Assembly: GCA_910586545.1 (NCBI GenBank)
Contig: CAJUIQ010000007.1
Span: forward strand, 3,895-67,894
Length of the DNA: 64,000 nt
Source: an uncultured Eubacteriales bacterium
GTDB taxonomy: Bacteria > Bacillota > Clostridia > Oscillospirales > CAG-272
Direction: 5' to 3'
Position 1 is the first letter of the stretch. Every line of letters starts with the position of its first letter. Position numbers and translations under genes: made by a program. Below, piece by piece: positions 36,078-45,792 of this stretch. The notes below the pieces were generated by a model. The model searched no databases. It had not been told where the DNA came from and worked only from the letters and a program-made list of their open reading frames with translations.

Positions 36078-36932
36078 ATGGAAGATAAGAACAAAAAGGA
36101 ACTGCCGATGGAAGAGCGAACGTTGGAGGAAAATCACGCTGGAGAAAACGATGATGTTCCCATGTCTGCCGCTATGCGTGTACTGCAGGCAAAAGGAGAA
36201 AATTTGCAAAACGAACATGAAAGTCAATATATCGGTAAAAAGGTGACCTGGCTGGAAAATTTTTGGTATCAGCATAAGTGGCATGCAGGACTGATTGTCT
36301 TTGCATTGGTAATCGCGGTAGTTTTGGTATGGCAGATTCTCACCTATGTGCGACCAGATGTGCATATCATGTATACCGGACCGGTAGCTTTTATTGGCAG
36401 TCGGTATACCGAGCTGGAAGAGGCTCTCATCCAAGTAATGGATGATTATAACGGAGATGGGGAAAAGGCCATCAGTTTTACAGACAATACTTACTTGACA
36501 GAAGAACAAATAGAAAAAAAACAGGAAGAAGCAAAGGCACAGAATGAAGACTATTATCCTGATTACAGTGGCCTGCGAGCTTCCTATGGCCGGTTTCAAA
36601 CGGAAATGACTGCGGCAAAGCATATGCTGTGTATGCTGGATCCCTCGTTATATGAACAAATTCGGGATATGGACGGCTTTATGCCTCTGTCTGATATTTT
36701 TGGAGAGACGCTGCCGGACTGTGCCGCAGATGCGTATGGAATCCGGCTGGGGGACACCGCGTTTTATGCATATTATTCCGGTGTGCGATTTATCCCAGCA
36801 GATACAATTCTTGCTGTACGCTCCAAAGAAGCATCCGGAATTGCGGGGAATGAAAAAAAGCTCGAGCAGCTGAAATATCATGCGGAGCTGCTGCGCGCGA
36901 TCGCTTCTTTCGCACCAGACAATGCAGAATAG
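36078..36932 (+). CDS. Hypothetical single-pass membrane protein
   Basis: Acidic N-terminus, one TM helix (GLIVFALVIAVVLVW), ~200-aa extracytoplasmic domain; no recognisable motifs. Confidence 0.5.
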   Translation: MEDKNKKELPMEERTLEENHAGENDDVPMSAAMRVLQAKGENLQNEHESQYIGKKVTWLENFWYQHKWHAGLIVFALVIAVVLVWQILTYVRPDVHIMYTGPVAFIGSRYTELEEALIQVMDDYNGDGEKAISFTDNTYLTEEQIEKKQEEAKAQNEDYYPDYSGLRASYGRFQTEMTAAKHMLCMLDPSLYEQIRDMDGFMPLSDIFGETLPDCAADAYGIRLGDTAFYAYYSGVRFIPADTILAVRSKEASGIAGNEKKLEQLKYHAELLRAIASFAPDNAE

Positions 36933-36962
36933 CCAAAAAGTTTAAAAATATACAAAATATAT

Positions 36963-36990
36963 TGACAATTGCATCGGACAATGCTACAAT
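36963..36990 (+). promoter_or_regulatory. Promoter of the rpiB-family gene
   Basis: TTGACA-16 nt-TACAAT. Confidence 0.5.
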
Positions 36991-37046
36991 GCAGAAGCAG
37001 ACTTCCAAGGAAGTTAGTATGTGAAATGACAAGAAAGGATATATAG

Positions 37047-37628
37047 ATGAAAACAATAAAGGATAAGCAGGTTTTGGTTGCCGCGGATTTTGCAGGCGTT
37101 GCGTTGAAAAACGCAGTTGTTGCTCATTTAGAGAAGTGCGGCTGGACATGTACAGATATTGGTGTTAAAACCATTGATGAAAAGAATCCGGAAATGTTCC
37201 ACAGAATCGGTTTGCGTGTCGGCGCGAAAATTGCCGAGGGCGAATTTGAACGTGCAATGTTGTTCTGCGGAACCGGAATGGGCATTCATATTGCGGCAAG
37301 TAAGTGTCCTCATGTACACGCGGCAGTTGTAGAAAGTGTGCCGGCGGCCCTGCGTTGCATTACAGGCAATAACTGCAATGTAATTTCGATGGGTGGCGCA
37401 TATGTTGCTCCTTCGATGGGTATTGAGATAGCAGAGGCATTTTTGTATCATAATTTGGGTGATGGCTACGAATGGTGGCCCAACTTCTACGAGTTTCATA
37501 AACTGGCTTATGATGAGCTGGATGCCTTTGACTATGAAACCTTCAAGAAGAATGGGTTTACCTTCCCTAACGCGATAGACATTCCTTTAGAGGATTGTCC
37601 GAAGCCCGAAGAACTCAAGCGCAAATAA
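37047..37628 (+). CDS. RpiB/LacA/LacB-family sugar-phosphate isomerase with a ~45-aa C-terminal extension
   Basis: CGTGMG catalytic-Cys motif. Length is 193 aa against the ~150 aa I recall for canonical RpiB. Confidence 0.75.
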   Translation: MKTIKDKQVLVAADFAGVALKNAVVAHLEKCGWTCTDIGVKTIDEKNPEMFHRIGLRVGAKIAEGEFERAMLFCGTGMGIHIAASKCPHVHAAVVESVPAALRCITGNNCNVISMGGAYVAPSMGIEIAEAFLYHNLGDGYEWWPNFYEFHKLAYDELDAFDYETFKKNGFTFPNAIDIPLEDCPKPEELKRK

Positions 37629-37656
37629 AGCGTATTTGCGTCCGAAAATAAGATAT

Positions 37657-37725
37657 AAAACCTTTGCAACTGGATATAAGAACGGGATATGTCCCGATTT
37701 ATCCTTTGCAAAGGTTTTCTTTTTT
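37657..37725 (+). terminator. Long compound hairpin terminator after the rpiB-family gene
   Basis: AAAACCTTTGCAA (37657-37669) pairs with TTGCAAAGGTTTT (37706-37718). There is an inner CGGGA/TCCCG hairpin, then CTTTTTT. Confidence 0.6.
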
Positions 37726-37781
37726 GCAAGGGGAGTAAAAAAGAAAGAAGCGACGACGGATTGGAGAAAGGAGAGAGAATT

Positions 37782-40070
37782 ATGACAGAAATAGAACAGA
37801 TCCCATCCGGCGTATATGAAGCCGCGGCAAAGCGGGGAATAACAAAGGAAAACGCTTTGCTTGCCGTATACGCCGATAGAAACCGTGAGGGTATAAACTG
37901 TGACACCTGGATTTTTGTAACAAAAGATACCTTTACAATGATTGGCGGTATTCAGCGAATCCTTCCTAAGGAACATGTGGGGCGTATGGACCGTAGCCGA
38001 CTGGAGGTAAAATTCGGTCAGTTGTCCTTTGACGAATATGCGCTGGAAACGCTCAAGGATTTTCGTGTGGAACAACAGATATCAGGCTGTATTCTCACCG
38101 CCTTTGACACTGGAAAAGAGGTGTATGTGCTGCTAACCCATCTGTCCTGTTATAAAATGGAGGAAATGATCCGGTTTTGCGCATGTCTCAATGCATACAA
38201 AGAAAAAGGAACCTTTGACCCTCCAGAGGAGCGTGAGAACGATCGATACTGTCCAAAATGTGGCAGATTGTATCCGGATCAAAGCAGAAAGCTGTGTCCC
38301 GCCTGTATGAATCGAATGAGCGTTGTCCGCAGGATGGGAACTTTTATCGTAAAATATAAGGGGCAGGTAATCGTGATTCTCGCCGCTATGGCAGTGGCGA
38401 CCCTCCTTGGCGTTTTGACACCGTATATCAGTTCCGGATTTTTCTTTGACCAGGTACTTACCAAAGGCGGAAGTTTTTACGGACAGGTGGGACTGGTAAT
38501 TTTTCTAATTGTGTCCACTCGCCTGCTGGCCCTGCTGATCAATATGATCAACGAAGTTCTTACCGCGCGGATTGTTCCAAAGATTACCTACGATTTAAAA
38601 AATGTAATTTTTCATTCTATTGAGCGGCTTTCTATCAGCTTCTTTTCCAAGCGGCAAACCGGTTCGCTGATGAATCAGGTATTCTGGGACGCGGACAGTA
38701 TATACTGGTTCTTTGTGGAAGGATTTCCCTATCTGATTATCAACATAATCCAGACCATCGCGGTGGTGGCCATTATGTTTGCAATCGATTGGCAGCTTGC
38801 ATTGGTAGCGTTGGTGTTTTGCCCTGTTTTTATTGTGGCGATTGTGCAGCTTTACAAACACATGCGCAAGCTGTATGCCCGGCGCTATTCTCGTTCCCGC
38901 CGAATGAACGGAATGTTGGCGGACGCGTTGGGCGGTGTGCGCGTGGTGAAGGCTTTTTCCAAAGAAAGCACAGAGATTCATCGCTTTAGCGAGAGAAACG
39001 CAGCCTTTGCGCAGGCAAGTCAAAATGTGTCTCTCTATAACGGGACGGCGTTCCCGCTGGTCACATTTTTATTTTCTATCAGTTCGATTCTGGTTCTTGG
39101 AATCGGTGGATGGCGGGTGGCAGGCGGCGGGATGACTTATGGCCTGCTGCTTACGTTTTTATCTTACACCACTTTATTGTATAATCCCATGAGCTTTTTT
39201 GTAGACATAAACTATCGAATTTCAGAAAATATGAATGCAATGTTCCGCTTAATGGAGGTCATGGACGCGGAGCCGGAGGTACGGGAAGCGGCAGATGCCG
39301 TAACTCTTACGCAGCTGCAAGGGCGTGTTACCTTTGAAAATGTAGAATTTGGATATGACAAAACTCGCAAAATTATTGATAATGTGTCTTTTGATATTGC
39401 ACCTGGGAAAAAAATTGGGATCGTAGGTCATACCGGCGCGGGAAAATCCACCATTGCGAATCTAATTATCCGGCTGTATGATGTTGATAGGGGCAGGGTA
39501 CTGATTGACGGGGTAGATGTGCGCTGTCTTTCCTTTGAAACCTTGCGGAAAAATATTGCCATTGTCTCCCAGGAAACATATCTCTTTCAGGGAACAATTT
39601 TAGATAATATCCGCTATGCAGCGCCAGATGCGACTATGGAAGAGGTGATTGCCGCATCAAAAGCCTCCGGCGCTCACGATTTTATTATGAAGCTGCCGGA
39701 CGGATATTCTACCATGATTGGTTGGGGACATAAAGATCTCTCCGGTGGAGAGCGGCAGCGTGTTTCTATCGCCCGCGCAATTTTGATGGCACCGAAGATT
39801 CTAATTATGGATGAGGCCACTTCCGCAATGGATACCAAAACGGAGCGGCTGATTCAAACTGCCCTGGAAAAGCTTTCCCAAGGCAGAACGACCATTATGA
39901 TCGCCCATCGGCTCTCTACTCTACGAGATGCGGATACGTTGATGGTGATTGAAAATGGGAAGGTGCCGGAAGCTGGTACACACGCTGAACTTTTAGAAAA
40001 GAAAGGCATCTATCATAAGCTATATACGCTTCAATATGAAGCGTTGAAAAATGCGGGGATTCAGGAATAA
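37782..40070 (+). CDS. ABC exporter half-transporter (TMD-NBD) with a ~200-aa cytoplasmic N-terminal domain ending in a zinc ribbon
   Basis: CPKC-x11-CPAC before TM1. Six TM helices. Walker A GHTGAGKST, signature LSGGERQR, Walker B LIMDEATS. Start at MTEIEQ with an AAAGGAGAG SD. Confidence 0.85.
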   Translation: MTEIEQIPSGVYEAAAKRGITKENALLAVYADRNREGINCDTWIFVTKDTFTMIGGIQRILPKEHVGRMDRSRLEVKFGQLSFDEYALETLKDFRVEQQISGCILTAFDTGKEVYVLLTHLSCYKMEEMIRFCACLNAYKEKGTFDPPEERENDRYCPKCGRLYPDQSRKLCPACMNRMSVVRRMGTFIVKYKGQVIVILAAMAVATLLGVLTPYISSGFFFDQVLTKGGSFYGQVGLVIFLIVSTRLLALLINMINEVLTARIVPKITYDLKNVIFHSIERLSISFFSKRQTGSLMNQVFWDADSIYWFFVEGFPYLIINIIQTIAVVAIMFAIDWQLALVALVFCPVFIVAIVQLYKHMRKLYARRYSRSRRMNGMLADALGGVRVVKAFSKESTEIHRFSERNAAFAQASQNVSLYNGTAFPLVTFLFSISSILVLGIGGWRVAGGGMTYGLLLTFLSYTTLLYNPMSFFVDINYRISENMNAMFRLMEVMDAEPEVREAADAVTLTQLQGRVTFENVEFGYDKTRKIIDNVSFDIAPGKKIGIVGHTGAGKSTIANLIIRLYDVDRGRVLIDGVDVRCLSFETLRKNIAIVSQETYLFQGTILDNIRYAAPDATMEEVIAASKASGAHDFIMKLPDGYSTMIGWGHKDLSGGERQRVSIARAILMAPKILIMDEATSAMDTKTERLIQTALEKLSQGRTTIMIAHRLSTLRDADTLMVIENGKVPEAGTHAELLEKKGIYHKLYTLQYEALKNAGIQE

Positions 40071-40079
40071 GGAGGCGTC

Positions 40080-40649
40080 ATGAAAATGAAAGAAGTATCA
40101 CAGGAGAAAGAAGAAGCCGTTTGCAAGCTTTCCGATGTGGCGGAAATTCGATATCTGCACCGGGGGAATACGGAAATCTTTTTGAAAAACGGCTTCCCCG
40201 GCGCACGGATTCAATATCAGCAGGAGGATGGAAGCAAAGGCGTGGAGGAACACAGTCGAATCTGGCTGCATCGCGCATTCCCCTTTGATCTTTTGGAAGA
40301 GTATATATCTGTACAGAACAAGGATCAGGAGGAGATTGGTTTAATACGTTCTTTAGCCGACTTTGATGAAGAGGCGCAGAAAATTTTATGCGGAGAATTG
40401 GAGCATAAGTATTATACCCCCAAGATTACAAAGATTGTATCACTGAAGGAGGCACACGGATATTCATTCTGGCAGGTGGAAAGCGATGCGGGAGAGTTGC
40501 AGTTTACGCTTCAGGACACCTTTCGCAGCTTGCTGCGGGTAGGCGAGGATAAGGTTTTTGTTTTTGACAATTATGGGAATCGATATGTGATCGAAAGCCT
40601 GAAAGGGTTGGATCGACACAGCCTGCGCAAGATCGAACTGTATTTGTAA
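40080..40649 (+). CDS. DUF1854-like protein encoded between the two ABC genes
   Basis: 189 aa, soluble, with 9-nt and 10-nt gaps to the flanking ABC genes. The family assignment is from memory of DUF1854 (an ABC-associated protein). Confidence 0.55.
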   Translation: MKMKEVSQEKEEAVCKLSDVAEIRYLHRGNTEIFLKNGFPGARIQYQQEDGSKGVEEHSRIWLHRAFPFDLLEEYISVQNKDQEEIGLIRSLADFDEEAQKILCGELEHKYYTPKITKIVSLKEAHGYSFWQVESDAGELQFTLQDTFRSLLRVGEDKVFVFDNYGNRYVIESLKGLDRHSLRKIELYL

Positions 40650-40659
40650 GGGGGCTGGA

Positions 40660-42819
40660 ATGGATAATTGTATCACTCAAATTCAGTTCAACCTGGGCCC
40701 GGATAACGAGACGATATCGGGACAGGTAGAATTTTGTGAAAACGGTATGCGAGTCGTTGCGTCCGGAAAAGAAAAATGGATTCCTATGGAAGGAGTTCGA
40801 GCATTTCGATGCGACGTGGGCGTGGGCAGTGTGGCCTTGGAGGTCTGCCGCGAGGATGGTGATCATCTAGTATGTCGGGGCACGATGGATTATCTTGCGG
40901 TATTTTCTGCAGCGTCCAAACGAATGAATCGATTTTTAGACGGCGCTGTTCCCACAGAGGAATGGAAACAGTATAAAAAGGCAGTTTGCCCCAAGTGTCA
41001 TCGGCCTTATTTGCCGGATTCGGAAATTTGTCCCCGATGTACGAAAAAGGGCGGATATTTACGGCGTTTGTGGAAAATGGCGAAATCCAGCCGTGTCTAT
41101 ATTTATCTATCCGTACTGATTTTTATTGCGGTAGCAGCGCTGAATTTGGCGCTGCCATATCTCAATCGGGTACTGGTTGACGATTATATCAAGGCGGAAC
41201 GACTTCCGGTAGCCAGCCAGTATATCTTGGCTGTACTTATGATTTTGCTAGTCACTTTTGCGGTACGGCTTCTGGGCATCGCTCGCAGCTTTGCCCAAGT
41301 ACGTGCAGGTACCAAACTAATTGTCGTTTTGCGTCAAACGCTGTTTCAAAAGATAGAGGCTCTTTCTCTATCGAAAGTGTCCAAGCGGACAGCGGGGGAA
41401 CTGATGAACCGGGTCACACAGGACTCCAGTCAGCTTCAGGACTTTTTTACCAGTGACGTAGGGGGACTAATTGAACAGATCCTTACTTTGTTTAGCCTTG
41501 GCATCATTTTATTTGTATATGATTGGCGGCTGGCGCTGATGGTTCTGTTGCCGGCTCCCCTAGTAATGTTGTCTCACCGCCTTATGTGGCGGTATTTGGG
41601 CCCACGTTATCGCAAGCAGTGGTGGCGCGGCAATCGGTTGTATGAAACTTTGTACGATATTTTTTCCGGCATTCGAGTAGTCAAGGCTTTTGGTATGGAG
41701 AAAAAAGAGATGGATCGGTATGATATGGTCAATTTGCAGGAGACGGATGTGCGGATCCAGAACGAAACTTATTTTGCTGTGATTTCTCCTATTACCAATT
41801 TTTTGATGGGTGTGGGCGAATTCTTTCTGTTATATTATGTAGGAAACCAAATTTTAGATGGAACCATGACGCTTGGCGCTATGCAGCAGTTTTCTGCTTA
41901 TGTGGCGATGATTTACGGTCCGCTACGCTGGCTGTCTTTTATGCCCCGCCGCCTGGCCCGCACTATGACTTCTCTTGTTCGTGTGTTTGATGTGCTGGAC
42001 GAGCAGGAAGATGTGACGGACAGAGAAAACGCTGTGGATCAAATCATTGTAGGCAATATTGAACTAGATAATGTATCCTTTGGATATGAAGACGCCAAAG
42101 ACGTGCTGCGCAAAGTAAACTTGCAGATAAAGCCGGGAGAAATGATTGGTATTGTTGGACGTTCCGGAGCGGGAAAATCCACACTGATCAATTTGGTGAT
42201 GCGAATGTATGATCCGGATGAGGGAGCCATTCGAATTGACGGAACGGATTTACGGGATATTACCCAGCAGTCCCTGCGCAGCCAAATCGGCGCGGTATTG
42301 CAGGAAACCTTTCTGTTTACTGGAACGCTGCTGCAAAATATTTGTTATTCCAAACCGGATGCTTCCTATGACGAAGTGATTACAGCGGCAAAGCTTGCCG
42401 GAGTACATTCCTTTGCCGTGAAGCTACCCGACGGATATAATACTCTGGTGGGAGAGAGGGGGCATACTTTATCCGGCGGAGAGCGGCAGCGCGTAGCGAT
42501 TGCTCGGGCGCTGCTCCACAATCCCCAAATTTTGATTTTGGATGAAGCTACGGCCTCATTGGATACAGAAACGGAAAAGGATATACAGGATGCCCTGCAA
42601 AAGCTGATAGCCGGCAGAACGACAATAGCGATTGCCCATCGGTTGTCTACATTGCGAAATGCTTCCCGCTTAGTAGTGCTGGATCATGGCTGTGTGGCGG
42701 AAGTTGGCACGCATGATGAGCTGCTTGCCAGAGAGGGTCTGTATTATGAATTGGTTATGGCACAGCGGCAAATGTCAAAAATGCCGGGTGTCTCAGAATC
42801 TGCGGCGCAGCCTATATAA
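40660..42819 (+). CDS. ABC exporter half-transporter (TMD-NBD) with a ~150-aa cytoplasmic N-terminal domain ending in a zinc ribbon
   Basis: CPKC-x10-CPRC before TM1. Walker A GRSGAGKST, signature LSGGERQR, Walker B LILDEATA. Confidence 0.85.
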   Translation: MDNCITQIQFNLGPDNETISGQVEFCENGMRVVASGKEKWIPMEGVRAFRCDVGVGSVALEVCREDGDHLVCRGTMDYLAVFSAASKRMNRFLDGAVPTEEWKQYKKAVCPKCHRPYLPDSEICPRCTKKGGYLRRLWKMAKSSRVYIYLSVLIFIAVAALNLALPYLNRVLVDDYIKAERLPVASQYILAVLMILLVTFAVRLLGIARSFAQVRAGTKLIVVLRQTLFQKIEALSLSKVSKRTAGELMNRVTQDSSQLQDFFTSDVGGLIEQILTLFSLGIILFVYDWRLALMVLLPAPLVMLSHRLMWRYLGPRYRKQWWRGNRLYETLYDIFSGIRVVKAFGMEKKEMDRYDMVNLQETDVRIQNETYFAVISPITNFLMGVGEFFLLYYVGNQILDGTMTLGAMQQFSAYVAMIYGPLRWLSFMPRRLARTMTSLVRVFDVLDEQEDVTDRENAVDQIIVGNIELDNVSFGYEDAKDVLRKVNLQIKPGEMIGIVGRSGAGKSTLINLVMRMYDPDEGAIRIDGTDLRDITQQSLRSQIGAVLQETFLFTGTLLQNICYSKPDASYDEVITAAKLAGVHSFAVKLPDGYNTLVGERGHTLSGGERQRVAIARALLHNPQILILDEATASLDTETEKDIQDALQKLIAGRTTIAIAHRLSTLRNASRLVVLDHGCVAEVGTHDELLAREGLYYELVMAQRQMSKMPGVSESAAQPI

Positions 42820-42853
42820 AAAATAACCGGGTACTTGACCCGGTTATTTTTTT
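42818..42853 (+). terminator. Terminator of the ABC operon
   Basis: AAAAAATAACCGGGT-acttg-ACCCGGTTATTTTTTT. Confidence 0.85.
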
Positions 42854-42919
42854 ATATTACTTCACACAAGAAAAAGAAAGTGCTATAATAAATATACGAT
42901 CAAAAGGAGGTGCAGATTA

Positions 42920-43435
42920 ATGCATAAGCAAATTCAGCGACTTGTCGGTACAGCACTGCTTGCCGCAATGGTTTTTGTGGCGACTATGATGCTGAGTGTT
43001 CCACTGCCGGGAAGTGGCTACGGAAACTTTGGAGATGTGTTTGTCATTATGGCGGCATTCTTTCTGGGCCCGGGATGGGGTTTTGCTGCCGCAGCTATTG
43101 GGTCGGCACTTGCAGATATTGTGCTGGGATTTGCCTTGTATGCACCTGCTACTTTTTTGATTAAAGGATGTATGGCAATGGTATTCGCCTATCTTTGCCG
43201 TTCTGCACGGCCTAGGGCCTGGTTTGTTTTCAGTGCGTTTCTTTCGGAGTCGGTGATGATTGGCGGATACTTTGTTTTTGAATGTCTGCTGTATAGTCCG
43301 GGGGCTGCTTTAGCAAATATTCCGGGAAATTTGGCACAGGGCGCGTTTGGACTGCTTCTTTCCTCTGCGCTTGTCATCACCGCTTCTGCCAGCAAGCCCA
43401 TTATGCAGTATGCGGCCGTATGGAAGAAAAAATAG
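42920..43435 (+). CDS. ECF-transporter S component-like membrane protein (substrate unknown)
   Basis: ~170 aa, 5-6 TM helices, G-rich helices typical of ECF S components. I recognised no riboswitch upstream. Confidence 0.6.
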   Translation: MHKQIQRLVGTALLAAMVFVATMMLSVPLPGSGYGNFGDVFVIMAAFFLGPGWGFAAAAIGSALADIVLGFALYAPATFLIKGCMAMVFAYLCRSARPRAWFVFSAFLSESVMIGGYFVFECLLYSPGAALANIPGNLAQGAFGLLLSSALVITASASKPIMQYAAVWKKK

Positions 43436-43437
43436 AA

Positions 43438-44541
43438 TTACTTTTCATACTGCACACGATAGGTTCGGATGTATACACGGCGTAACTGCCCTGTAGGCGC
43501 GCCCTCTTCTATGCCTTCCTTTGGATCGTCATAAATGATGGTGATTTCCCCAGGGCGGCTTTCAAATGCGCTGTTGTACCCGGAGGGACTTTTATCCCAT
43601 TGTCCATCACAAGGCTCAATGATATGAGGCTGACTCCAGGTACGTCCTGCATCCGGAGAAAACAACAATATGGTGTGGATATGGCCGGAAACGCATACCA
43701 GGGTGCCGTCTTCCATGGTGAAAAGTTTAGGCAAAACGCCCCAAGGGCAGATTTCGTAAGGGGGCTCCCAGGTTTTTCCGCTGTCATAGGAATGGGTACA
43801 GTACAGAGGTGAATATACTTCATGCCCTCCGGTGCGAATCACGCATACAATGTGCCCCGGTTCGAGTTCTATACAGTCCGGTTCGCAATATCCTTCTGCG
43901 TTTACATCCGGGATGGGATAAGTTTGCACATCTGCGATGGTAGACAAAAAGGAAAATGTATTTCCACCGTCCTTAGATAAGATGCACCAGGAACGATACA
44001 GGTAAAAATCATAGCCATTATTCTTCTGGAAATAGGGACATAGGGTGACGTCGTCCCTGGTTTGTCCGTACATGGTGGCTAAGATATCTCCATTAGACAG
44101 TTGGATCAGTCCGTTGGAGATGCAGCTGGTATGGCTGTTTTTAGAGTCTCCCCAGCCCATGCAGAGTCCGGGAATGTCAATTTGTGTAAAGGATGTGGTG
44201 ATTTTTCCAGCAATCACATCCTCCATAGTGTTCGCTCGGTATATACCGGCGATAAAGGGGATTTTTTCTTGGTCAAAGCTTCGGATGGCGCTATGCACGA
44301 CATTATCAAAGGACAGAGCGTAAAAGGAGCCGTCTTGCAGTTGAATAAAGCGGTCTGTCTTGCGGCCTTCTTCCAGGGAAAGTTTCTTCCAGCTTTGGCC
44401 TTTATTGCCGGAATACAACGCATAGGGAACAGGGGATTCAACGGGAAGAAAAATTTGCCCATCCCGGGATTGCGTGTCTTTGTAAGCGTAGCTGCCGCAG
44501 CCGACGGCTTGATGAGACAGCTTTTCCAATATGTACTTCAT
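43438..44541 (-). CDS. BNR-repeat (sialidase/exo-alpha-sialidase-like beta-propeller) protein, no signal peptide
   Basis: Asp-box repeats SGNKGQSW, SKDGGNTF, SYDSGKTW and SPDAGRTW. Confidence 0.7.
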   Translation of the reverse strand: MKYILEKLSHQAVGCGSYAYKDTQSRDGQIFLPVESPVPYALYSGNKGQSWKKLSLEEGRKTDRFIQLQDGSFYALSFDNVVHSAIRSFDQEKIPFIAGIYRANTMEDVIAGKITTSFTQIDIPGLCMGWGDSKNSHTSCISNGLIQLSNGDILATMYGQTRDDVTLCPYFQKNNGYDFYLYRSWCILSKDGGNTFSFLSTIADVQTYPIPDVNAEGYCEPDCIELEPGHIVCVIRTGGHEVYSPLYCTHSYDSGKTWEPPYEICPWGVLPKLFTMEDGTLVCVSGHIHTILLFSPDAGRTWSQPHIIEPCDGQWDKSPSGYNSAFESRPGEITIIYDDPKEGIEEGAPTGQLRRVYIRTYRVQYEK

Positions 44542-44655
44542 ATAGAGGTCTCCAGACTAAAATTTTTATATATGTCGCAGACAGTATAGCAAGGAAACGG
44601 TCAAAAGTAAAGAAAAATTTTTAAAATAAAATAGAATAGTTTTTTTCAAAAAAAC

Positions 44656-44684
44656 TTGACAAGCTGTTCTATATATGATATAAT
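44656..44684 (+). promoter_or_regulatory. Consensus promoter of the tRNA-Thr/tRNA-Tyr pair
   Basis: TTGACA-17 nt-TATAAT with an upstream A/T tract. Confidence 0.65.
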
Positions 44685-44713
44685 TTCTCTTGCGTGAGCG
44701 GTTTGCATGAGAT

Positions 44714-44789
44714 GCTGGTGTAGCTCAGCTGGTAGAGCAGCTGATTTGTAATCAGCAGGTCGGGGGTTCGAGTCCGTCCACCAGCTCCA
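44714..44789 (+). tRNA. tRNA-Thr (anticodon UGU), CCA encoded
   Basis: Acceptor GCTGGTG/CACCAGC, anticodon stem GCTGA/TCAGC with loop TTTGTAA, T-loop GGTTCGAGTCC. Confidence 0.9.
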
Positions 44790-44848
44790 TCGGATCTTAT
44801 TAAGTGAGCTATAATCTCACGATGCGCAAAATTTAATATTTTATTTAT

Positions 44849-44933
44849 GGGGGAATTCCCGAGCGGCCAAAGGGGGCAGACTGTAAATCTGTTGTCAGTG
44901 ACTTCGCTGGTTCGAATCCAGCTTCCCCCACCA
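44849..44933 (+). tRNA. tRNA-Tyr (anticodon GUA), long variable arm, CCA encoded
   Basis: Acceptor GGGGGAA/TTCCCCC, anticodon loop CTGTAAA, long extra arm, T-loop GGTTCGAATCC. Confidence 0.9.
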
Positions 44934-44960
44934 TAAATAATCGGTTGTTTAAATGCCGAA

Positions 44961-44996
44961 CAAAAAGCCTTGATTTTTCAAGGCTTTTTGTTGTTT
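44961..44996 (+). terminator. Terminator after the tRNA pair
   Basis: CAAAAAGCCTTGA-tttt-TCAAGGCTTTTTGTTGTTT. Confidence 0.8.
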
Positions 44997-45044
44997 CCGT
45001 TGAAGTATACTGCGCCGATAAATAATGCGATCAAGGCCAGGGTA

Positions 45045-45734
45045 TTACTCCAAAACAACGTCGGCAAAACCTACTTTAAATCCGGAAATAAAAGTGTTTT
45101 TATTTTCGCATACAATCTTTAATTGCCGCACCCCGGTTACATCCGCGCTAAATGCTTTGGGCAATGCGGCTCCTGTCACTTCAATGGTTGCCAGCAGCGT
45201 ATCATCGCCGTAAACGCCATATGTTGCGCTTTGATTTACGTCATCCAAATTGCCAACCAACCCGGAAAGTGAGGTATACTTGCCGTCGAGGTTATAGTAT
45301 GCAACGCCATAGTTCTCCGAAGCGCCAATTGTGAAGCCGCGGGTATAGGGCTGTTTTCCCATAGAAAAAGATTCTGTATCAAGCGAAGAATATTCTTTAT
45401 AGAAAGTGCTGTTGTGATAATAAGCGCTTATTTGTTCTCCAATATAAGCTTTGTCTGTTCGTACTTCCGTAGTTACATTGGATTTGCTGTTATTATCGCT
45501 GGGAACTTCATTTTTTAGAATTTGATTTTCTGTTGCTAAGGAATCGTAATCTTTCTTCAAAGCGTTGTACATTTTTTGATACTCGTCCAACGTGACCGAA
45601 AGCGTTTCGCCGTTTATATTTACCGTCACAGCATTTTGATTCTGAATTACCGACGCCGTTCCAAAGGCGGTGACGATGGAGGCGATAATAGTGCAGGCGC
45701 CGGCGATCAACGCTACTTTTACTTTGCTGTTCAT
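45045..45734 (-). CDS. Membrane-anchored protein with a coiled-coil linker and a C-terminal NPCBM-like (glycan-binding beta-sandwich) domain
   Basis: N-terminal TM helix. The C-terminal pattern Y.LDGKYTSLSGLVG..DD....ATYGVYGDD.LL......G..P.....DVTGV.QLKI resembles the NPCBM/NEW2 domain (from memory). Confidence 0.5.
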   Translation of the reverse strand: MNSKVKVALIAGACTIIASIVTAFGTASVIQNQNAVTVNINGETLSVTLDEYQKMYNALKKDYDSLATENQILKNEVPSDNNSKSNVTTEVRTDKAYIGEQISAYYHNSTFYKEYSSLDTESFSMGKQPYTRGFTIGASENYGVAYYNLDGKYTSLSGLVGNLDDVNQSATYGVYGDDTLLATIEVTGAALPKAFSADVTGVRQLKIVCENKNTFISGFKVGFADVVLE

Positions 45735-45792
45735 AAAGTCAAGTCCTCCTAAGTATAAATTCAGTGATGTTATAGAACACGCAGAATATGTC

